DNA from: an uncultured Rhodopirellula sp.
GTDB taxonomy: Bacteria > Planctomycetota > Planctomycetia > Pirellulales > Pirellulaceae
DNA length: 64,000 bases
Direction: 5' to 3'
Assembly (NCBI GenBank): GCA_964007735.1
Contig: CAXGAI010000023.1
Span: forward strand, 1-64,000
Part shown: piece by piece, positions 48,902 to 58,112 of the stretch
Position numbering within the stretch: the first letter of the stretch is position 1
How the letters are laid out: each line of letters opens with the position of its first letter
Program-made: the position numbers and the translations under genes
The notes under the pieces: generated by a model
What the model saw: the letters and a program-made list of their open reading frames with translations, nothing else
What the model was told of the DNA's origin: nothing
The model's database searches: none

Positions 48902-51823
48902 CTATTCTTTCTTAAACAACGGACTGTTACGGTCGCCCCTAGAAAGCAAAAACGCTAGTAAATCAAGTACCTCATCCTCGTGCAGCGTATTCAAGAGCCC
49001 TTCGGGCATTAAAGAGTTCTTCGACGCAAATTGCTCGTCGATCATCTTCGTATCAATCGTCGTGAAATTACCGGGGTCTAACATATTGGTCTGAACCATG
49101 ATATTATCGCCGGACAAATTTGCCACACGACCTGTAACCACTTTGCCGTCAAGAGTAATAAACGTTGTTGCCGAATACTGATCGCTAATTTCCTTATTGG
49201 GAAGCACAATGGACTCAATGAGGTCTTTACGAGTAAAGCGTCCTGCAACGGTGGTCAAATCAGGACCGATCGCGCCCCCTTTGCCGGTAAAGCGATGACA
49301 CGCAAAACAATTAGCTTCTCCGAACAATCGACTTCCACGATTGAAATCCCTCCCTTTGAGGTCCTGCTCTGCCAGTGATAACAATCCCTCCACTGTCCAC
49401 TGTTTAACAACCGCCCGCTTGGCAAAGTTTAAGGGATTAGATTGTTCAATTCGCTTTTCAATGATGACTTTCAGATCATCCGCTTCTTGAGGACTGAGTT
49501 TAGCGACGGCGTCTTTCTGGATATTCTCTAAAAACGAAGTAAAACTCGCTCCACCGCGATAGTTTGCGGCCTGTAAAAACCATTTAAAGTAAGTACGACG
49601 AGATTCCGGTGTCCAACCCAACAATTGATGGCGTAACGTTTTTGCAATATCAATTTGCTCTTCCTGAGTAGCTGCGGTAGACAAAAGAGAAACTGCTTTT
49701 CCCGTAATACTCGAGGACTCACCATAAACAAGAAGTTTAAGGATCTCCGAATTGATCGACGCATTAACCGACGGGAACTCCGCTTCCAAACGACTGCGAA
49801 TTTGTTCGGCATCTTCAGCATCCGCCTCACCAAGTCGCATAAATATCAGACCGTAAACACGAAGCCACAGAATCTGTTGTGTCTCGGTCAAACTATCAAA
49901 AGGGATGGAATATATTTTATCCAGCAATGGCTCTCTCGCGTCCTTGCCCGCTACACGCACCATCGCTAGCATGCCATTGAGGGCCGTATCTACACTTGCA
50001 GCATTTAACACAGGCTCCCGCCACAGATCCAACGGTTGATGCTCCAACGCAATTCTCGCGGCGTACCGAATCAACCTATCGTCATTACGCAACTCGGGGA
50101 TTGCAGCTTGAACAGCATCTTGCCCAATCGGCATGTGCAAAGATTCTAGGGATCTTCTCTTACTGCGGGCTCCAAAGTCGTTCTCATCACTTAACGACGT
50201 CGCTGTACTCTTAGTGCCCTTATAGGTAACACGATAAAGACCGGCCTTAGTCCTCCGCCCGCCGATCGTGAAATATAACGCGCCATCCCTAGCGCCCACC
50301 ACCACGTCAGTAAGAGGAAGAGGAGTTCCTGATACAAATTCCTCAAGTTCCCCCCGATAGGTCGATCCATTCGGCTTCATATGCACCGCGTAAAGCTTCC
50401 CATAACTCCAATCGCAAATAAACAACGCCTCCTGATACTTACTAGGAAACTTAGTTCCGTAACCAAAGCACACCCCCGTTGGAGAACCCGGGCCCACATT
50501 GACGACCGGAGGAACACTATCTGGGAAATATACCGGCCATTTACCTGACCCATTGCGCCAACCAAATTCCGCTCCGCTAACTACATGGCAAATCCTTGTT
50601 GGGCGGTACCATGGCGTATTGACATCCCATTCCATGTCAGCGTCGTAGGCGAACAGTTCACCTTCTCGGTTATAAGCTGCGTCAAACTGATTTCTAAAAC
50701 CGGTCGCTAACAGTTCCCAGCGGGTCCCGTCAGGGTTGACCTTAGCAATCCATCCCCCTGGTGCAGGGACGCCTTGCATAAACCCTCGACCGTACGTGCG
50801 TTCATGAAGTAAATCCTCATCCCAAACCAATGGAACACGAGACTTGTCAAACTCAGTCAGTTTGGTTGCGTTACCGCAAACGACGACCAGATGTTCACCA
50901 TCAGGATGGGGAAGAATTGCGTGAGGCCCGTGCTCGCCACCCCCTTTTATTTCACGAAGAAACTTAACATCGTCTAGTTCACCATCGCCGTTGGAATCTT
51001 TCACTCTATACAAACCCGATGGATATTTGTTGCCACCATTAACCATTACATAAAGTGAATCAAACGCCCACAAAAGGCCATGTGCCATTCCAAGGTCAAT
51101 GTCGATCCTCTCAACAACCGTTTCCGCGGGAGCCGCGCCGATTGCGGACGGCGTGATCAAATAAAGACTTCCATATTGATCAGAGACGACGAGGCGACCA
51201 TTCGGCAACGCACACATATTTACCCACGAACCCTGGGTATCTTTTGGCACGTCGTAAAGCAACTCGACTTCGAACCCTTCGGCAACAACCAGGCTTTCCG
51301 TTCCCGTCGCGGTTAGTGATTTCAAAGGGATGGCTGCATCGAGAATCTCCATCGTGACCTGCGGCCATGCGCCTTTTCCAAGCGAACCTGCAATCTCCAC
51401 AGGCTCAAACGAGGCAGGAACTTTTAGGTCAGTCTTCCAGCCGTCCACTTCCGATAAATCACCGTGCCAACTGGCGTCTGTGACGATACGTATGTCACGG
51501 GTATCCAATTCAAGATCTAACTTCGCAACAAAGCCTGCCGGACCTTCTGCTTCGGCATTGGATGCTACCACCGCGATGACATTATTACCACGCTTTAGAT
51601 AGTCCTTAACCTCCTTACCGGTTGGACGGTTAAAGTTATCGTTACTGGCGACTTTAACACCATTGATATACACGTGTGCCAGATTATCGCAGGCAAATGC
51701 CAGTTTAGCGCCGCCAAAACGCCCACTTGGTATAACAACATTCCTTCGGAGATAGACGTACTGATTAAGTGCCGTGGTATTGTTATTGCCGTGCCAAATC
51801 CATTGCGGCGTGACTTTTGTTAC
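48902..51823 (-). CDS. PVC-type heme-binding protein (jelly-roll, glucose/sorbosone-dehydrogenase-like propeller, HEAT, cytochrome c); probably the 3' part of a frameshifted gene
   Basis: GEHGPH, GFRNQFD, DADMEWD, GSPTG, CFACH, GPDLT, SLMPEGL. The frame stays open upstream of GTG 51673 (VTKVTPQWIW...ACDN) up to the A9 run. Confidence 0.88.
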   Translation of the reverse strand, partial: VTKVTPQWIWHGNNNTTALNQYVYLRRNVVIPSGRFGGAKLAFACDNLAHVYINGVKVASNDNFNRPTGKEVKDYLKRGNNVIAVVASNAEAEGPAGFVAKLDLELDTRDIRIVTDASWHGDLSEVDGWKTDLKVPASFEPVEIAGSLGKGAWPQVTMEILDAAIPLKSLTATGTESLVVAEGFEVELLYDVPKDTQGSWVNMCALPNGRLVVSDQYGSLYLITPSAIGAAPAETVVERIDIDLGMAHGLLWAFDSLYVMVNGGNKYPSGLYRVKDSNGDGELDDVKFLREIKGGGEHGPHAILPHPDGEHLVVVCGNATKLTEFDKSRVPLVWDEDLLHERTYGRGFMQGVPAPGGWIAKVNPDGTRWELLATGFRNQFDAAYNREGELFAYDADMEWDVNTPWYRPTRICHVVSGAEFGWRNGSGKWPVYFPDSVPPVVNVGPGSPTGVCFGYGTKFPSKYQEALFICDWSYGKLYAVHMKPNGSTYRGELEEFVSGTPLPLTDVVVGARDGALYFTIGGRRTKAGLYRVTYKGTKSTATSLSDENDFGARSKRRSLESLHMPIGQDAVQAAIPELRNDDRLIRYAARIALEHQPLDLWREPVLNAASVDTALNGMLAMVRVAGKDAREPLLDKIYSIPFDSLTETQQILWLRVYGLIFMRLGEADAEDAEQIRSRLEAEFPSVNASINSEILKLLVYGESSSITGKAVSLLSTAATQEEQIDIAKTLRHQLLGWTPESRRTYFKWFLQAANYRGGASFTSFLENIQKDAVAKLSPQEADDLKVIIEKRIEQSNPLNFAKRAVVKQWTVEGLLSLAEQDLKGRDFNRGSRLFGEANCFACHRFTGKGGAIGPDLTTVAGRFTRKDLIESIVLPNKEISDQYSATTFITLDGKVVTGRVANLSGDNIMVQTNMLDPGNFTTIDTKMIDEQFASKNSLMPEGLLNTLHEDEVLDLLAFLLSRGDRNSPLFKKE

Positions 51824-52506
51824 TTTTTTTTTGAATGGTGCTTAATTTGCAAGTCTTTAAATTGAATTGTCATAGGGCTGCCTGCGTGGATTTGTAAGGC
51901 GAGCAGGCCTTCGTCTTCACGGTTCTTTTCGTCACTATCAGTAACCTCGACGGTGACCTTACCGTTAATTCGGTGGACTAACACATTTCCCACACAGCTG
52001 ATTTCAATCGTATTCCATTTTGAGAGATCTTCTTTAATTACCTCGTCTGTTTTTCCCGTTATTTGTACTTTACCTTCGGATGTTGCTGTTACCTTCTGCC
52101 CTCGCTGTGCGACAATACCTCGTCCACCTTCGTCATATAGCATACCGGTATACGCCGCGTTTCCATGAATATCGGCCTGATAACCCCTGACACGATATGC
52201 GTCCTCGTCGCCAAACCTCTCGCTACGATATTGCACTCCCGAGTTATTATCGCCGATCAACCGAAACTGGGCTCTAAATGTAAAGTCCTTAACCTGGCCG
52301 TCCCAAATCAGAAACTTGTTATGGGCGATCGGAGCATTTTTGAGTGTCGTGCCAGTAATCGCTCCATCTTTCACCGACCATAATTCCTTATCCCCGCTCC
52401 AACCACTGAGGTCTTCACCGTTGAACATGCTTTTGAACTCTTGCGCATGCAATAAGGGCACGCTGAAAATAATCAGAACAAACGCGAACGGAATGTTTAA
52501 TTTCAT
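51820..52506 (-). CDS. Secreted DUF1080 (3-keto-disaccharide hydrolase-like) domain protein
   Basis: Signal peptide; FNGEDLSGW, NNSGVQYR, GYQADI, WNT, G.LALQIH. Confidence 0.92.
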   Translation of the reverse strand: MKLNIPFAFVLIIFSVPLLHAQEFKSMFNGEDLSGWSGDKELWSVKDGAITGTTLKNAPIAHNKFLIWDGQVKDFTFRAQFRLIGDNNSGVQYRSERFGDEDAYRVRGYQADIHGNAAYTGMLYDEGGRGIVAQRGQKVTATSEGKVQITGKTDEVIKEDLSKWNTIEISCVGNVLVHRINGKVTVEVTDSDEKNREDEGLLALQIHAGSPMTIQFKDLQIKHHSKKK

Positions 52507-52560
52507 TGTTTACCGAAACCTTGAGATGTAGAGTTGCCGATTGAGATTAGAACCTAACTG

Positions 52561-52581
52561 CCCAAATTATACCCAAATTAT
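52561..52581. repeat. Tandem direct repeat CCCAAATTAT x2 containing a minus-strand TATAAT
   Basis: Copies at 52561-52570 and 52572-52581, an 11-bp period. Confidence 0.7.
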
Positions 52582-52692
52582 CACGCTCTGGTGCTAGACT
52601 GACTTTTTATTGGGGTCGGCTAGCAGTAACCGTAGTTCTGCCTAAAATATAAAGGACACGCCAACACCTTCCCTTCGACAAACGAAAATACT

Positions 52693-53880
52693 ATGACGCC
52701 ACTAGAAGCTATGAAAGATTTTGATTCTCGTTTTCCAGCGATGGCAGACCTGCGTTACCGCGCTCAAAAGCGAATGCCCAAATTTGCTTTTGAATATTTA
52801 GATGGCGGGTGCAATGAAGATGTTAATTTAGACAAAAATATTACCGATATTCAGCGAGTAGAACTTGAACCTCGTTACCTAACGCCTCCACCTTCTTACG
52901 ATATCGGCACCACGCTATTCGGCGAGACCTACAGTGCGCCGTTCGGTGTCGCCCCGGTTGGGCTTCAAGGCCTGATGTGGCCAAACTCCCCGATTGTGCT
53001 TGCAAAAGCGGCTCGACGACACAACGTCCCGTTTTGCCTGAGCACTGTAACAACAGCCTCTATTGAACAAATTGCGGAAGCGACGCAGGGTAAGGCATGG
53101 TTCCAACTGTATTACCCTGCTGAAGACAGAATTCTTTTCGATATCATGGATCGCGCGAGCAGTAACGAATACAAGGTCTTCGTGGCACTGGCAGACGTTC
53201 CTACGTTCGGGTATCGACCGCGTGATATCCGAAATGGCCTGGCAATGCCTCCGAAAATGACCCTTGCTAATATCCTACAAATGTTCCTTCATCCAACCTG
53301 GGCGTACAACTCACTAAGATATGGAAAACCTAACTTCAACTCACTTGAAAAATATATGGGTGGGAAGATGAATCTTAAACAGCTAGGTAAGTTCATGAAC
53401 GACACGTTCAATGGTCGATTAGACATTGAAAAACTGAAGGTTTTACGTGACCGCTGGGACGGTAAACTCGTTGTCAAAGGAATTGTGAATGAATCGGACT
53501 GCGAAGAAGTCATCAAATTAGGTATCGACGGTATCATCGTATCCAACCATGGTGGTCGCCAACTCGACGCCGGCCAGTCCACCATCGTACCTCTTGCCAA
53601 ACTTGTGGAGAAGTTCAAGGGAAAATTGACCATCATGATGGATAGTGGTATTCGCAGTGGACCGGACATTGCGCGGACCATTGCAACGGGAGCAGACTTT
53701 ACGTTTATGGGGCGATCATTTATGTACGGGGTAGGCGCTCTGGGAAGTCGGGGCGGCAATCATGTCATGGCTATGATGAAGCGACAGCTTCAACAAGTTC
53801 TCGAACAACTTGGTTGTCCGAACGTCCAGCAATTACCCAATTACCTAATTCACACGGCTAGTGACGGCTCATCTGTCTGA
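52693..53880 (+). CDS. FMN-dependent alpha-hydroxy acid oxidase / L-lactate dehydrogenase-like
   Basis: EYLDGG, WFQLY, VVKGI, VSNHGGRQLD, DSGIRSG.D, GR. Confidence 0.93.
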   Translation: MTPLEAMKDFDSRFPAMADLRYRAQKRMPKFAFEYLDGGCNEDVNLDKNITDIQRVELEPRYLTPPPSYDIGTTLFGETYSAPFGVAPVGLQGLMWPNSPIVLAKAARRHNVPFCLSTVTTASIEQIAEATQGKAWFQLYYPAEDRILFDIMDRASSNEYKVFVALADVPTFGYRPRDIRNGLAMPPKMTLANILQMFLHPTWAYNSLRYGKPNFNSLEKYMGGKMNLKQLGKFMNDTFNGRLDIEKLKVLRDRWDGKLVVKGIVNESDCEEVIKLGIDGIIVSNHGGRQLDAGQSTIVPLAKLVEKFKGKLTIMMDSGIRSGPDIARTIATGADFTFMGRSFMYGVGALGSRGGNHVMAMMKRQLQQVLEQLGCPNVQQLPNYLIHTASDGSSV

Positions 53881-55134
53881 TTCAAAATCAAACCTGAGCA
53901 AACTACTTTCTGTCCGGATGAAGATAGCATCTTTACTCAATGCCGGAGTGGCCATCACACTTTCATTTAATTCACTTCTACCAAGTTCATGAAAACGATC
54001 TCCGGCGGCTATCACGACCACGGCTCCATTACGATCAATCGAGAGAATACGGGAACCGATTGCGACCGGTGATGCAAAAAACTCTCCGCCTATTCTGGCA
54101 AGCCATTGTTGTTTTCCACTCTCCAGGTCGAGGCAGGAAACAATCCCCCGATCCGTCCAACAATATAGACTCCCTTCTAACGCGAGCGGCGTAGGACAGT
54201 GGGGTACGTTGCGCGTGGTTCGGAAGTGCTCCACGGCCTCATGACTATCACTCACTTGATCGGGTTTTAAGGAAACTAAAGTTCTCACGCCATTGGTAAA
54301 ACCGCTAGCAGCGATAACCTGATTACCCGCGATGATGGGAGAGCCAACCGCTCGCTGATTATGCTCTCCAAAAACAATATTCTGCCAGATGACTCTACCA
54401 CTCCGGAAATCCACCCCAACCATCCCTTGATAGGAATGACTAAACACAATCTGGGTCTCACCCGCCGAAGTCGTAAACACCGCCGGTGTGGAATACCCTG
54501 TTCGTTGTGTTTTACGGGCCGTCTGCCAAAGACGTTTTCCATTGCTAGCTGTCACTGCTAACAAAAAGCTTTCAAATTTTTCGTTGTCATGACTCAAGAA
54601 TACCGCTCCGTCATGAACAATCGGGGACGTTGCCGCTCCCGTCCCGGCCCCGAACTGGCCCACTTCATACTGCCATCGTTTCTTACCGAAATGATCAAGC
54701 GCTATTAATACGGAACCTTCTTCCGACTGCCAAAACACATAAACACCAAGCGCATCGGCACAAGGCGAAGAACTGGCGAATCCGTTACGTTTATTCGTGT
54801 TGTAGGTCCTAAAGGGTGATTGAAATTTCCAGGTGAGCTGGCCGGTCTGCAATGAATAGGCAAAAAGTGTTCGCATACCCTTTTTTGTCTCGTCGTCGAA
54901 CGTCGCAGCGCTCACATAAACATTGTCCCCGCCTATGATCGGAGATGAGTTTCCTTTTCCCGTAATCATCACGTTCCAAGTGGCATCTTCTTTTGAGAAC
55001 GTTGAAGGGAGGGTTTTTCCAACCACCAACCCTGAGGCGTTTGGGCCACGAAATCGGCCCCACTCGGACCCTGAAGATAGGCTCACAAGCAACAACACAA
55101 AAAGAAAGACAAACGCTTTAATAACTAATTTCAC
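53869..55134 (-). CDS. PQQ-binding-like (BamB-type) beta-propeller protein
   Basis: Signal peptide; WGRFRGPN, repeated SSP/TP and G...W motifs, MATPA. Confidence 0.9.
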   Translation of the reverse strand: MKLVIKAFVFLFVLLLVSLSSGSEWGRFRGPNASGLVVGKTLPSTFSKEDATWNVMITGKGNSSPIIGGDNVYVSAATFDDETKKGMRTLFAYSLQTGQLTWKFQSPFRTYNTNKRNGFASSSPCADALGVYVFWQSEEGSVLIALDHFGKKRWQYEVGQFGAGTGAATSPIVHDGAVFLSHDNEKFESFLLAVTASNGKRLWQTARKTQRTGYSTPAVFTTSAGETQIVFSHSYQGMVGVDFRSGRVIWQNIVFGEHNQRAVGSPIIAGNQVIAASGFTNGVRTLVSLKPDQVSDSHEAVEHFRTTRNVPHCPTPLALEGSLYCWTDRGIVSCLDLESGKQQWLARIGGEFFASPVAIGSRILSIDRNGAVVVIAAGDRFHELGRSELNESVMATPALSKDAIFIRTESSLLRFDFESDR

Positions 55135-56767
55135 TTCGTTTTAACTTTCGTGAATGAATCGCTTTTCCGTCAATATTTATCACAGTGTATTCGACGGTCG
55201 GATCGTCCAACTTAGTATTGAACTTGACTAAACCGAACGACTGCTTTTTGTTATAGGAGAATTCTGCGGCCGGCAGCTCCGGGTGAACATGCTGATTGGT
55301 AAGCCTTGAACTGTTGAATTCATAGAGCGGATAGACGCCATCATGGTCTATCTTCCAGAGGTCACTACGATGTCTGTCCGCGGACATCAGTAGAACCCCG
55401 TCCTTATTCGTCTGTGCGATTACATCGAGGATTTCGTTTCGCTCGTGTTTAAAGCCGTTCCAGGTGTCCTTACTGTCTCCTTTCGCGCCAAAAACCCACG
55501 GCACGGGAGAAACCAACACGGTAAAAGTGCCTTTTGAATCCGTAATGGTATTCTTGAGCCACTTCAGTTGCTCGGCTCCTAACATGGTGGGACGACTTCC
55601 ATCATTGGGTTTTAGATCACGATAAATCCGGCCGTCGGTCATGATGAAATGCACATCGCCAATATAATAATCGTACCAAACGCCTGGCTGTTTGGCCCCG
55701 CCACCGTATGACGGGTTTACCCAGTTATTCCGAAAGACATTCCAAACTGGAACTTTCCAGTCGGGTGCCTTTATTTCCGGGCCTCCTTGGCAATCATTCG
55801 TCCCAAAATCATGATCATCCCAAATAGTATAAACCGCGACCTTTGATACAAGCTCTCTAAATTCCGGACGAGATTGACGACGGTAATAGCAGTAGTGCTG
55901 CATCTCGGGAATTTCCGGTGCGTCGCTATAGACATTATCTCCTAAGAGCATCAAAACATCCGGGTTCGCTCTACCAATCGTCGTCCACATATACTCATGT
56001 TGAGGAACATACCCTGCGCCGCCGCCAAATGCGACATCGAACTCGACTGCACTGCCCTTTTCAGCCAGAGTGCTTGTCGCGAAAAGATCCCGATGATCTG
56101 GAATACAATCCAATTGAACGGAGTATTGATATTCTGTATTAGCTTTAAGTCCTGTCAATTCGACAACAACGGTAAAGTCCTTCGCGGACGTACTTCGACC
56201 CGTGCCCACAGTCACAACTTCCGGTTTGGTTTTTTCCCAGCAACGGATCCGCACCTTCGTTTCTTCGAGCGTTCGAAGCCAGATCGATAACCCTTCGCCG
56301 GAATTCTGCCCAACCATGGGTCCGTGGACGATTCCACTTTGAATCCCGTCAAATAAGCTTTCAAATGCCTCGTTACCACGGAGTGCTTCCAGGCCCGTTT
56401 TCGTGCCACCTCGAAATCGGGATGGTTCGAGGCCCAATTGCAATGCGTTACGGACATCCTCAACTGCTAATTCCAGCATGCCTAGTCTGGCATGACAAAC
56501 TGCCTTCATGTAATGAGATTCGCCGTCTTTGGGAACCACACTTAGAATGACTGCCAGTTCATCCAAAGCCTGTACTTCCTTACCTTCGACAATTTTTTTA
56601 AGGATTTCCTGATGGACTCGTTTGTATTGTGTGAATTTACGCTCTACCTTCTTTGCTGCTTCATCATTCTGTTGTTGTGTCGATTTGATACGTAGTTCAG
56701 CCTCTGTCAAGGAAGCCGTTAATAGCACAATCATTAAAGCGAAAGCTATTCCTACTGCAGATTTCAT
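55118..56767 (-). CDS. PhoD-family alkaline phosphatase with N-terminal TPR-like region
   Basis: HGPMVG, LGDNVYSD, WDDHDFG, DGR, MLGAEQLKWL, SADRH; AAGGAGG RBS before ATG 56767. Confidence 0.88.
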   Translation of the reverse strand: MKSAVGIAFALMIVLLTASLTEAELRIKSTQQQNDEAAKKVERKFTQYKRVHQEILKKIVEGKEVQALDELAVILSVVPKDGESHYMKAVCHARLGMLELAVEDVRNALQLGLEPSRFRGGTKTGLEALRGNEAFESLFDGIQSGIVHGPMVGQNSGEGLSIWLRTLEETKVRIRCWEKTKPEVVTVGTGRSTSAKDFTVVVELTGLKANTEYQYSVQLDCIPDHRDLFATSTLAEKGSAVEFDVAFGGGAGYVPQHEYMWTTIGRANPDVLMLLGDNVYSDAPEIPEMQHYCYYRRQSRPEFRELVSKVAVYTIWDDHDFGTNDCQGGPEIKAPDWKVPVWNVFRNNWVNPSYGGGAKQPGVWYDYYIGDVHFIMTDGRIYRDLKPNDGSRPTMLGAEQLKWLKNTITDSKGTFTVLVSPVPWVFGAKGDSKDTWNGFKHERNEILDVIAQTNKDGVLLMSADRHRSDLWKIDHDGVYPLYEFNSSRLTNQHVHPELPAAEFSYNKKQSFGLVKFNTKLDDPTVEYTVINIDGKAIHSRKLKRSEISY

Positions 56768-56777
56768 AAGCCCCTCC

Positions 56778-58112
56778 TTATTTGGGTGCGGTGGTCGGTT
56801 GTTTTGTAGCACTCGATCTGTTCCGAGCGATAATCACCGCCAACTCCGATTCTAGCCCTTTGACAATTGCCTGATAATTACCTGCCAAATTATTCATCTC
56901 CCCAAGATCCTTGTGGAGATCAAAAAGCGCTAGGTGATTCAGTTTTTTCTGTGGCAGCATTAATTTCCATTTACCTCGTCGGATAGTACTTTCGTTCCAC
57001 ACTACCGTCCGTTCGACCACGACTTGAGGAGACCTGATCGCCCTTGTGAGGTTATACCCGTCTGGCTTGCGGCCGACCGACCCAGACAGGCCAGTAATCC
57101 CCAAAATTGTTGGCATCCAGTCCATGGACATGGCTAATTGGTGGCTGACACGACCTTTCGGGAAGCCTGCCGGCCACTGGACAACGCATGGAACCCGATG
57201 GCCGCCCTCAAAATCGGTACCTTTGGTGCCACGTAGCAGACCGTTATCACCTAAGGAGGTCGCCCCGTTATCAGAGCAGAATATAACAATTGTGTTATCG
57301 AGGATCTCGTTACGGCGTAAGCATTCCAGAATCTCTCCAACCCCCCTATCCATCTCCAACACCATCTCACGATAGGCTTGTTTTTTGTCTTCGCGACTAC
57401 CGTGATTATTGAATTCACCACCGACGGTTCTGTCAGCTTTGTCATTTGGTCCCTGATACGGATAATGCGGTGCTTCATGAGGTACGTAGAGAAAAAAGGG
57501 CCGTCTATTAGCATGTTGGTCGATAAACCCGACCGCATGCCTCGTAATCAAATGCGTCGAGTACCCAACTTCCGTCGTCAGTTTCTGGTCATGCCACCAG
57601 TCCGCATTCCCAGCCTGATCAATATGAGATATAAAATCAACATTGCCACTCAGGTACCCGATGAAATGATCGAATCCATGACGTACCGGGTTGTACCGGG
57701 GATAATAGCCTAGGTGCCATTTACCGTAGATTCCTGTTGCATAACCAGCAGACTGCATAATTTCCGGCCAGGTCACCTCCCTATCCTGAAGCCCAGCAAA
57801 ATGTGCCTTATTCTGTTCTGCCGCGACTACTACACCTGAAATTCCGACCCTTTGCTGATAGAGTCCAGTCATTAGTGCAGCGCGTGTCGGGCTGCAGACA
57901 TTCCCATTGGAATGATAATCACTGAAACGCACGCCGTTTATGGCGATTGAATCAATACTCGGTGTCTTTATCCAGCCGTCATAACAGCTCAGATCTCCGT
58001 AACCCAAGTCGTCCGCCATGATTAAAACAACATTCGGCTTATCCTCGGCGGTTACGGCCATGGGTGTGAAAATGCACCAGCAACTCAGCGCGGTCAGCAA
58101 ACTCCTAATCAC
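56778..58112 (-). CDS. Sulfatase (Cys-type)
   Basis: PNVVLIMADDLG, CSPTR, GKWHLG, SDNG. Confidence 0.94.
   Translation of the reverse strand: MIRSLLTALSCWCIFTPMAVTAEDKPNVVLIMADDLGYGDLSCYDGWIKTPSIDSIAINGVRFSDYHSNGNVCSPTRAALMTGLYQQRVGISGVVVAAEQNKAHFAGLQDREVTWPEIMQSAGYATGIYGKWHLGYYPRYNPVRHGFDHFIGYLSGNVDFISHIDQAGNADWWHDQKLTTEVGYSTHLITRHAVGFIDQHANRRPFFLYVPHEAPHYPYQGPNDKADRTVGGEFNNHGSREDKKQAYREMVLEMDRGVGEILECLRRNEILDNTIVIFCSDNGATSLGDNGLLRGTKGTDFEGGHRVPCVVQWPAGFPKGRVSHQLAMSMDWMPTILGITGLSGSVGRKPDGYNLTRAIRSPQVVVERTVVWNESTIRRGKWKLMLPQKKLNHLALFDLHKDLGEMNNLAGNYQAIVKGLESELAVIIARNRSSATKQPTTAPK

Noticed and set aside
51671..51673. GTG start for the 923-aa heme protein
   Set aside because: It falls mid-domain with no RBS or signal peptide, and the frame continues about 50 codons upstream.
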